Shown in pieces: positions 1 through 8,360 of a stretch of DNA of 9,814 nt (its first letter is position 1; each line of letters begins with the position of its first letter). The notes under the pieces are model-generated. The model searched no databases. It saw only the letters and a list, made by a program, of their open reading frames with translations, and was not told where the DNA came from. The stretch covers positions 1-9,814 of the forward strand of contig JBJCIZ010000249.1 of assembly GCA_051294375.1 (NCBI GenBank), read 5' to 3'. Source of the DNA: Paraspadella gotoi (lineage: Eukaryota > Animalia > Chaetognatha). A program made the position numbers and the translations under genes.

Positions 1-568
1 GGGAACAGCGTTGACCTGAGAAATTCCAAACTTTGCTCATAGGTTCTTTTATTCCATATCTACAAATGCATGGNNNNNNNNNNAAAAATTCCAACATTTA
101 GCTACAAAAATATTAATTTTAAAGTTACAAAAAATGATGCCCTATTTTTGAAANNNNNNNNNNNNNNNNNNNNNNNNNNNNNNNNNNNNNNNNNNNNNNN
201 NNNNNNNNNNNNNNNNNNNNNNNNNNNNNNNNNNNNNNNNNNNNNNNNNNNNNNNNNNNNNNNNNNNNNNNNNNNNNNNNNNNNNTAAAAAAAGTAGCAA
301 GATTTTCTACAAAAGTTTTTTTCTCTGCTGGTTTCCTTGTGATTTTTCAATTTTTTTCCGACTGCAAGTNNNNNNNNNNNNNNNNNNNNNNNNNNNNNNN
401 NNNNNNNNNNNNNNNNNNNNNNNNNNNNNNNNNNNNNNNNNNNNNNNNNTAGAAATCGTCTTTACTGATGTTTTCTTTTTTAAAGCAAAACATTGTTTTT
501 CTTTTTTTTATTCGTTTTTCCTCCTACACTGAATTAAACATTTTTATAATATCTTCTGACTGCAAAGC
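1..568 (+). repeat. Left copy of a long diverged direct repeat (interrupted by N gaps)
   Basis: Exact colinear anchors with the right copy: GGGAACAGCGTTGA (1/8343), TCCATATCTACAAATGCA (53/8412), TAATTTTAAAGT (114/8494), CGACTGCAAGT (359/8932), plus looser similarity of 450-568 to 9053-9208. Confidence 0.9.
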
Positions 569-719
569 NNNNNNNNNNNNNNNNNNNNNNNNNNNNNNNN
601 NNNNNNNNNNNNNNNNNNNNNNNNNNNNNNNNNNNNNNNNNNNNNNNNNNNNNNNNNNNNNNNNNNNNNNNNNNNNNNNNNNNNNNNNNNNNNNNNNNNN
701 NNNNNNNNNNNNNNNNNNN
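74..719. other. Assembly gaps or masked runs (74-83, 154-285, 370-449, 569-719)
   Basis: Runs of N. Confidence 0.99.
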
Positions 720-726
720 TCTTCAA

Positions 727-1545
727 CTACTGAGCGTCATAGACCGGTGCCATCGTCTCCTCTGCGCTATTTCGCCACAAATACCAATGCTTTATTTGGC
801 GTAGAGTTAGCCTATATGAGAGCCGCCTAAGAGACGCGGATTCGACGTATCTCGAGTCGATCGCCGCTGCCAGAGTTCGAATAGACTTCGTCGTCGCCGG
901 TCGAAATCTTCTCTTCGGCATCCGTCTTCGCCGGACAGCAAGCACAGTCCCAAGCCGCACCTCTTGCCCGCCCCTGCAGCAGCAGCAGCCGGCTCGCCCT
1001 CCTCATCGTTCCTCCGCGTCGAATCGCTCCGCCCGCGGTCGGGCCGCGCTGCACGACGACCGAGGCCGGCGAGACGCTCAGCTGTTGCGCATTGATTGCT
1101 GCGCCGTCGCGTGGAAGTCGATGTGGCTGGCGGGTTCGGATGTCGCCGGACGACGGCCTGCAGCGCGGCGGAGCGCGTCTTGCGCGAACTACGCCGAGGC
1201 TGGAAAATCGCCCACACGTCACCCAGTCCCCGCCGAAGGCTCGCTCCACGCAGACCCAGCGCTGAGCGCTCCGCTCGAGAACCCATCGGCCGAGGACGTC
1301 GTTCCCGGAGGAGAGATCGGGATCGGCAAGCGCGCGCGGCAGTCGGCGCATCGGCGGAGAGCGCGCGCTGAGATAGTGAGATGCGAGATGAGGCGGCGCT
1401 GGAACGACGTTAAGAGAGAACGCTCGAGCGAGATCCTCGAAATTAGAGTTGAACCGGCGCTTGGCGGCGATGGAAGAGAGAGAAGCGAGAATTGTCTTCG
1501 CCTGTACGCCGAGGAGTCTCGGTGGACGGGCGGAAGCGAGAGGAG
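727..1545 (-). CDS. GC-rich terminal exon(s), probably the end of the C-terminal domain
   Basis: Acceptor CTATACAG at 1546. One frame is open from 1543 to 827 (..FNSNFEDLARAFSLN..GNDVLGRWVLER..AFGGDWVT..). Sharp GC rise against flanking AT-rich DNA. True stop unknown. Confidence 0.5.
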
Positions 1546-3075
1546 CTGTATAGAATGGTGTAGTATTGTCTGTATTTACTATTAGTTTATCTCTTGTTAT
1601 TTGAGTAAAAACATAAAGTTGACATGATCTCTCTGAGTCTCTGTTGTAAGTATGTCTTTATTATCTGTCTAACTTTTAAATTACTTATTTCGTTCTAAAA
1701 ATATGAATATAAACTTCACCGTGCTCACCACTTCATTTCACTTCAACTTCACTTCAGCCGTCTCCTCACCACATTCTGGTCACGACGTTGTTGAAATAAG
1801 GGATTGGCGGCCCACGTGAGTGAACTGAATCCACTATCTTTCAGCTCATGAATGTTCACGTCTTGATCGAGTTTCGACTTGAAGTTGAGCGGCCGCTTAT
1901 CGCGCTTCCGCGGCTGGGAAACGCGAACATTCTACAAATACATCTAATCATGAATTAACCCAAAAAATGGTTGGAAAAACATTGATTTACCGTATGATCT
2001 TTTAAATCTGTTTCGTGGACCCAATACAGTCAATCTTTCTTTGATTTTTAATCAGTCTAATCAATGTAATGAATAAATCTTTTACTTATTCAATTAATTG
2101 CAATCAAATTCAAATAATCCAATCGCTCAATCAAAAAAAAAAAAAAAAAAAAAAACCTTTCGACTCGATGGTCCTCGCTATTTCCTCGTGACTAAAACTT
2201 CTCGGCGAGAAGATCCACCGGCCCAAATAATCTCCATGACGTGCAGCTTCCCGGACTCCAAGCCCAATCCTGTCGCTTGCTTTGCTGGTGTGAGGTGAAT
2301 GCGAGGACGAAGATGGTTTGGTTGCGAGGAAGAGGTTGAGGAGAGGCTACGTCGGATTCGGGAGAGAGAGGAGACGCGAAAGCCGACGGATTCAGCCGAA
2401 GATTTGAGGAGGTTTGGTCCGAAACCAGAGTGCGGTCGATATGGGGTTGAATAAGGAAGTAGATGTAAGGTTTTTGAATTGTTGGACAACTTTAGCCTCG
2501 AACCGACTATAGGCGTTCAGTTTGATTATAAGTATAGTTTGAAAAAGGGCCTCCAGTTTTAAACGCCGTGTCTTTCCTCTGTCCGCCGTATCTCGTATAC
2601 ACAATGTATATTTTTGAAAAAAAGGGCCTCCAGGTTAACGCCACCTCTCCTTCCTCTGTTACCCCCCGTATCTCGACACAATGTCATAGTTGAAAAAGGC
2701 CTCCAGGGTAACGCCGCGTCCTCCTTCCGCCTAAATGAAAGAAAAAAGAAAGGAATTCTTTTCCTCACCTGCGATATTCTCGACCGGCCGCGAGTTCTCT
2801 TTGGCTGAGGTGAACGTCTCCATCGCGACGTTGGGAATTCGCTCCCTTCAAAATTCGCATCTGAAGTTTGAGTATCTCGCATTTTCCTAGGTCGTCCAAA
2901 AATCCCATCAACTCGATTCTCCAGCCACCATGTTCGGCTTGAGTCGTCTAATGATGACGTTGCGAAGCCTAGTGTGTAGTTCTCTTCGAGAGTCACGGTA
3001 CATCGTCGTGGAGTAGTCGGAATACCCAATAAACCATAATCTGTCTCGCCAATGTCTTCTTCTCCGTCGTCGTCG

Positions 3076-3106
<31 letters not shown>

Positions 3107-6100
3107 TCTTCTCTTCTCCCCTCATCTTTCTCTTCTTCTCTCTCACTCTCTCTTCTCCTCCTCGTCTGTATATCAAACATCGGATCGTCGTTATGTTACT
3201 CAGTTATTTCATCGTTCCCCTTTACCCCCTTTAACGCTTTCTCACACACTCCTACTCACTTTGTCTCGCCCTGCCCATAACCCTTTATCTCCCAGTGCTC
3301 CTAACGCTTCTCTCCCTGCTCCATCAATTCAACCCAATTGTCCTTACTTAACCTTTTCTCTCTTGCCTCCATCATTCAACCCACTTGCTCAACTAACATT
3401 TTCACCCTTCGCATCATTCAAACCCACATTGCCTTCCTACTAACCTTTTCTCTCTGGCTCCTCTGGGCCGCCTCGTTTCTTCCTTTCTTCTCCCTATACT
3501 GGATTATCTTCTTCTCCTTTCAGGAATGAATTCTCTTTGCTGCCGCGGATGTGATCACTTCTCCCGAATCGTCAAACGACCCGGTGCTCGGGCAGGACAT
3601 AGGCGCCCGGCCTGGGGTCTGCCGTTGCGCGGCGGAAGCTGCCCCGTCCGCCGATGCGCCATCGCCGGCTGCGCGCAGACGCCCGCGCCCGACGCCCGCC
3701 GCTCGAATAGCATGACGACGACGGAGGACGGACCATCCTCGGGGAGACGATAAGAGTGGCTGCCGGCGGGGGGTGAACGCGGAAGGTGCTTTTAAAGCGG
3801 CCGGACAGAGCCCGGCTCCCGCGCCATCCGGCCAATTGGACAGGATAAGGATGAGGACTCCGTGGGTCTATTCCCTTTGGGCGACAAGGAATGGGCGAAA
3901 GTGGGAAAAAATCGCCCGACTGGAAAAGATGGGGTTGGAGAGGGTGGATAAAAGACCAAATAGGCATTGAGCGAGTGCTAATTCACACATTGGCTTCGTA
4001 TATTTAATAAGTTCAATTAATATCATATCCGTTACAAAATTACAACCGAATTAAACCCTTGATAGATTTTACAAATAATTTTATCCAGCGTTTAAGAATT
4101 TAAGGAGAGCAAGTATATTTGTATACAGCCACTCTCGTCTTCTCATTTTATTCTGCCTTCCAGTCTTCGTCGCCTTGTTATAGAAGCTCTGATTTGTTCA
4201 TCTGTGTGAACTCGAAAAAACGACCGCTTCCAATCTCTCGTGAATGGCGACCGACTGAGAAGAAAAGAAAAGAACAATCCTAACTCTTACCTGCAGAAAA
4301 AGAGATGGAAGTTTTCCTTTAATCGGTGCAACAAAATCGAAAACCTTGCCCCCTTTTTTGGGCCAGAGTATATCTTTGCCCCAGGCGAGCGTCAGTTCTC
4401 ATGTGTAAGAAAACTATCATCAATAACTTTGGTTCAAAAAGTGTGATTCTAAAAAAATACATAATCTTACTCGTAGTTCAAACATTGTTCCCTCTTTAAG
4501 GAATAAGGATTAAAAAGAATCTGTTTAGTATCTTTTTCAACGCGGCATATATATGTGCCTAAAAACTTGATATATTTAAATACATATCATAATATCACAA
4601 AGAAAAAACAACATTGGTATGGAGGGAGAAAGTCCTGCTATGTTTGTTTGGTCCCGCAGCCATAAGACTAAAGAGATAATAATACCCTTTTTTTTTCCGA
4701 TATGATATAATCTCTAACTATAATAACATCTTTCATGTTGACTAAAATTACATATCTTACATTCGTGCTATACTCATTATCTCGTAATTATTCGCAACCC
4801 GATGAATGATGAATATCTTCTTAACCGCCAATCATTAATCTGTTACGTTATGCCAAAACGACCAAGACGTGCCAAAAAGTGACTAACCCGACTATCACAT
4901 TAATTGGGTGTTAACCTTTCTAACGAATTACTAACCATTTAACCAGAATCGTCTATTAAACAATCTCGTTACCTTAAATAATTAGAAAAAAAATAAAAAA
5001 TCCCGTTATAATACTATAAACGGTAAACACTTTCCAGCGATAATAAATAAATCAATCGTTCTGTTAACTATACACATCCTTGCGAAGTTCTGAACCCTCA
5101 GTATAGTAAACGTTAGACTCTCTAATTACGATCGTCCCAATAAAATCAAATTATGTGACCAACATGAAAACCTTTAAAAAAGATAGTATAAAGAAAAATT
5201 AAAAATTAAAAAAAAAGAAGAAGAAATAAAACAATAACGCTACATGTGCTTCGGGAGCGAGATGGCGACCCGTAATCGGGGTTCGTAGCGACCATTCATT
5301 CGGACTCCGTCCGACAGAGGTGAAAAGGCGCCGTTTCGTGGCGCCGGATTAAAAAAGCGCCGTCGTTTCGGAAGGATGGGCCGGACTTTGGGCAGCGCCT
5401 CTCCGACGAAGGGTGGAGAATCGCAATGACCGGAAACGAGCGGGGCAGGCGGAAAGACGGCTGAAGGGAGGGAGAGTGAGGAGGGAAAGGGGAGCAGATC
5501 GGGGGGTGTGCCGGCTCATTGGTAGGAAGAAAAATCCCAGGGGGGGATTTCTAGTGAAAAATGTGGTGGCTAGAGAAAAAAGGGAGAGTTTAAAACAAAA
5601 AAGAGATTTTTTATGTTGTAGATTGGAATTGGAATATTTTTCATTGTAAAGGAATCATTATTATCAATTATTGCCGGATCTTACCTCTTTTTTTATAAAA
5701 AATCGATAGAGTCGTAAGAAAGAACAAGATAAGAAAAAACGAAAGAAAACAAATTTTGAGGCAAACAATGTTCGGATCTGCTTACCGATAATTAACGGTA
5801 ATAAGCTAATCCATTGATAAATCACACACCAGGTAATATTTTCTGACTTTTCAATTCTGTGATCTTAAACAGATCATATGCCAAATTTGTATCATAACAA
5901 TCACAACAGACTTCTTATATGTAGATAATGAACAAATATATAACTCAATTGAAGTTTCCTAATCAATCCATTTGCCAGTAGGCTGCGCCCAATACCACTT
6001 GCATAATTTAGATTCCAAACTTGGCTATAATTTAGTCAACTTTTGCATAATTTTGAGTCAACTTGCCATAATGTTGGTCAACTTGCATAATCTTTGATTC

Positions 6101-8360
6101 AACTTGCATAATTTAAAAAAAAGTAGTAATAAATTTGCATTATTTTGGTCACACTATCACATATTTTGTCAATTGGCATTATTTGGTCATACTAGCATAA
6201 TTTGCTCAACTGACATAATTGGCGCCAAAAATTGGGAACATATTCCTTTATACCTATATCTGGCATTTATCCTTTTCATCATAACATGGAGCCATAATAA
6301 TTTGGTGTGTAACTGACTCAGAATAATTGGAGTCAACTTGTGCCAGCAGTCTTTGGCTCAAGCATTGTCTAATTGAATTTGCGTCTCAACTGCATAATTT
6401 GGTCCTTAAACCTCAAATGCCAATCAATCAATCGCATATCCAATCCCCAAAGTGAGAAATAGAAGGAAACTTTTTAAAAAGAAAATCATCTCATAATTAC
6501 TATTACACCCTTTTGGTATTCCTTCCGTGACTTAAAAACTTTCCTTCTTTTTTTACCACCCCTATGATGCCATCCCCTACCCCACCTCCAATTCGAAATT
6601 ATTCCTCCTGTATATTTATTAATATTTTAACCCAATTTTTTCTCCAATGCTTCCGATGCAACCATCAATATTATTCTATTGTATTAATATTAAACTTTCC
6701 CATAATGTTACAACTAGTAACCTATTTTCCCTTCCTTCCCCTGACCCTATTTACTATATATATCACTCATTCCGTATTCTCTTTTCTCTATTTCGACTCC
6801 CGCCTGATTTCCATAAACTACGTCATCATTCCCTCCTAAGAGAATGACATACATACCTTCTCTCTCCCTCATCCCCTATCCCCCTATCCCAGCAATCATC
6901 TCTTTCTACTCTAACCCATCTCTTCCACCATAATCACTGAAGTTACAATAGCCTGTAAGCGTTTCCAATCTTTTAGCGACCTATATCACCTGCCGTTATT
7001 CTCGTTGTCGTTTTCCCTGGATCCTTTACCACGATCCAGATCTAACTAGTATGACACTGGGTATAATCTCCTTAACTTTATTCTTATTCTTCCCTTCCCT
7101 CTGCCATCCCTCTGAACAATTGTTATATAATGTTTCGTCATCTGTCTCTACATTAATTCAGCCTTGGTTGCCCTTGACAAGCACCTTTCTCCTCGCGTAA
7201 GCCTGTAAACTCTCCTTCTGCCGTGCGTACCCTGTTATTCCGCTCTTCTCTCCCCATACATAAATCTTGTTTCCCTGGATTTTAGTAGCGGTGCACGTCC
7301 GGACATTCTGCCCCATTATCTTACCTCTAAGCCAGATTCCCGATCTGAGCAAAATAACAAACCGTTTAGACTTTCTTTCTCGTCCCGCCGTAATGTTTTC
7401 CCTTCCCGCCCATCCATACAGTTAGTCGAAACTCTTTCAACAAAATAAAAAAAATCTATAGCATAGTAAAGACCCAAGAAATAGGAAAAAGAAAGACAAA
7501 CACTCATATTCCCATTATGTTGTCGAATACCAAGACATTATCCCTACACAAATATTAAAGAAAAAAGTTCTGTCGCCGTACCGCGCTTTTCTCTCCTCCG
7601 CCATCTATTAAGTCACGATACTTTCATTAAATTAAAAAAAACAACGCATTAGAAAGAAAGAATAGGAATACAGCAGAATACTAGCACCCTTCACCATATT
7701 TCCAATATTCGTGTCTTTTCGGAACAAACGACCTTCATTAACACCACTCAGAAAGATCTAACGACAGAAGAAACTAAACCAAACACCATCACAGTAATGT
7801 GACGGAGCCACGGCACTTTAAACATTCAACAGAAAAAAAGAAGCAAGGAAAAAAAAATCCCACGCGTTAGCACGGCTTACGTGATGTGAGACCATATTTT
7901 CTCAGTCTTTCCCATCCGCCTCCATCCTCAAGGTCTAGAGATGGACATAATGGATGATGGACAGATAAGAAAGAGGGAGATGACATACCATAACAAGTAT
8001 AATAATCATACAAAATAGATATATTAGAAAAAAATTTATCGCCGTAGACCGGCCTTCCCGAGTATTTTTTATTCGGCTTTCCCTTTAATTCAGTTCAATG
8101 CCGGTCTCTCGTTGTTCTCCATCTCAAGCTACGTTCTTTTTTAGCGAGCAATGATCACTCTATTTTGTTTCCTCTCTATCTCTTCAATATTTGATATCTC
8201 CGATCCACTTAACAGCTCCGCTTTATCAAACTAGATTTCATAATTATTTTTTTATGCATAGTTTCATTTCTGTATCGCCTGATTGATATGGATCTATAAC
8301 ACGATGCGTCTTTTTTGCTATAAAATAAACTCATCCCACATTGGGAACAGCGTTGATCCC
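727..8360 (-). CDS. Multi-exon M1-family zinc aminopeptidase (aminopeptidase N/ERAP1-like) gene, heavily frameshifted (sequencing error or pseudogene); ends approximate
   Basis: Colinear minus-strand fragments resembling APN motifs: DGGGEKSAV (~7579-7606), (C)FD (~7522-7532), VS.N.M (~7414-7431), KIYVWG (~7252-7268), YPVSxxLDL (7037-7063; cf. YPLPKLDL), GAMEN-like remnant (6934-6981), HETA (5329-5340), GKVFDFVA..LFLQ (4291-4351), WFIG..MYRVTLEENY (~2975-3037), ENRV..FLDDL (~2888-2922), EY..KEDAALPW (across the 2731-2768 intron), QF(K)PYIYFLIQP (~2445-2481). Many need 1-2 nt indel corrections. No search was run. Confidence 0.7.
1580..1694 (-). CDS. Candidate small exon between two 34-nt introns
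   Basis: Flanked by TTTTTAG (1695) and GTAAAT (1579). Reads NEISNLKVRQIIKTYLQQRLREIMSTLCFYSNNKR before a late stop. Confidence 0.35.
1729..1931 (-). CDS. Exon of the C-terminal domain
   Basis: Acceptor TATTTGTAG at 1932. A phase-1 join reads ECSRFP..AR; another frame is open for about 60 codons (..HELKDSGFSSLTWAANPLFQQRRDQNVV..). The donor is ambiguous (GTGAGC at 1728, GTGAGG at 1769 or GTGAAG at 1719). Confidence 0.5.
2133..2155 (+). repeat. A23 homopolymer
   Basis: 23 consecutive A; on the minus strand it forms the start of the intron (G at 2156, then T23). Confidence 0.95.
2157..2730 (-). CDS. Exon of the ERAP1-like C-terminal domain containing the ~75-bp triplication
   Basis: Acceptor TTTCATTTAG|G at 2731/2730 and donor AAG|GTTTT at 2157/2156. 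Reads KEDAALPWRP then QQF(K)PYIYFLIQP, like APN 'E.DY.PW....FK.Y...LI.P.Y'. Confidence 0.65.
2533..2730 (+). repeat. Tandem ~75-bp repeat, about 2.6 contiguous copies
   Basis: TGAAAAA(G)GGCCTCCAG...AACGCC recurs, with CTCCAG at 2551, 2628 and 2701 (periods 77 and 73). CCGTATCTCG..ACACAATGT occurs twice. Confidence 0.9.
2731..2768 (-). other. 38-nt GT-AG intron
   Basis: GTGAGG...pyrimidine tract...TTTCATTTAG; splicing gives EYRRRKEDAALPW in frame. Confidence 0.7.
2769..3040 (-). CDS. Exon at the start of the ERAP1-like C-terminal domain
   Basis: WFIGYSDYSTTMYR, shifting to VTLEENY, then ENRV and GFLDDL; parallels APN 'VLLNLNVTGYYRVNYDEENW...NRAQIINDAF'. Ends at a strong donor CAG|GTGAGG (2769/2768). 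The acceptor (GACAG at ~3041) is uncertain. Confidence 0.65.
3065..3103 (+). repeat. Compound microsatellite (CGT)4 + (TC)14
   Basis: Read directly: CGT units 3065-3076, TC units 3076-3103, followed by a degenerate C/T tract. Confidence 0.95.
3530..3921 (-). CDS. Probable GC-rich exon of the same gene, frame unresolved
   Basis: GC-rich island after a CTTTTCCAG acceptor-like site (~3921), lying between exons assigned to the catalytic and C-terminal domains. No motif recognised confidently. Confidence 0.3.
4130..4667 (-). CDS. Cluster of small AT-rich exons after the zinc-binding region
   Basis: TTTAG-type acceptors near 4668, 4559, 4449 and 4255. Fragments LMAAG.., GTYICRV..ILF (cf. GASVLRM..VF) and GKVFDFVAPIKGKLPSLFLQ|, followed by a clean 36-nt intron (4255-4290). 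Confidence 0.45.
4255..4290 (-). other. 36-nt GT-AG intron
   Basis: CAG|GTAAGAGTTAGGATTGTTCTTTTCTTTTCTTCTCAG: consensus donor, pyrimidine tract and CAG. Confidence 0.65.
5243..5460 (-). CDS. Probable exon of the zinc-binding (HEXXH/NEGFA) region
   Basis: GC-rich island preceded by a pyrimidine tract ending CCCTTCAG (5461). Contains CAC GAA ACG GCG (HETA) and an NDG.F-like string. Its position between the GAMEN-like and LFLQ segments fits. Confidence 0.4.
5999..6404 (+). repeat. Degenerate 18-bp minisatellite, consensus ~TTGCATAATTTGGTCAAC
   Basis: Roughly 15 or more imperfect copies, e.g. TTGCATAATTTTGAGTCAAC, TTGCCATAATGTTGGTCAAC, TAGCATAATTTGCTCAAC, TGCATAATTTGGTC. Confidence 0.85.
6930..7620 (-). 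CDS. Noisy exons for the N-terminal domain through the GAMEN region
   Basis: Ordered fragments YRDLIDGGGEKSAV, (C)FD, VS.N.M, TATKIQGNKIYVWG..TGYA, YPVS..LDL and a GAMEN..GL.VT-like remnant. Exon borders not resolvable. Confidence 0.5.

Noticed and set aside
760-830. Homeodomain helix-3-like string LTLRQIKHWYLWRN in ORF 727..960
   Set aside because: Lacks WFxNRR and any helix 1/2 pattern; likely chance.
70-830. ORFs spanning N runs (also 9215-9739)
   Set aside because: Open only because N codons hide stops.
1085-1585. Plus-strand ORFs of 166 and 91 aa
   Set aside because: Stop-poor shadow frames of the GC-rich minus-strand exon; splice signals favour the minus strand.
2133-2155. Poly-A tail of a retroposed element
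   Set aside because: No target-site duplication or element body found; it coincides with a minus-strand intron start.
2299-2454. 51-aa plus-strand peptide MRGRRWFGCEEEVEERLRR... with dibasic sites (neuropeptide-like)
   Set aside because: No signal peptide or repeated amidated motif; antisense to a better-supported exon.
2533-2730. CRISPR-like array
   Set aside because: The intervening segments are copies of each other rather than unique spacers; context is eukaryotic with no cas-like ORF.
2908-3529. E/R-rich, S/L-rich and hydrophobic ORFs (2908..3180 N-terminus, 3052..3234, 3261..3443, 3338..3529)
   Set aside because: Translations of microsatellite and low-complexity DNA.
3518-3970. Plus-strand exon after TTTCAG (3518-3523) with Trp-rich DWKRWGWRGW
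   Set aside because: No plus-strand partner exons or coherent frame; the acceptor look is explained by the pyrimidine tract. Not fully excluded.
5999-6404. CRISPR, iteron or telomeric array
   Set aside because: Units are contiguous without spacers and do not resemble TTAGGC/TTAGG-type repeats.
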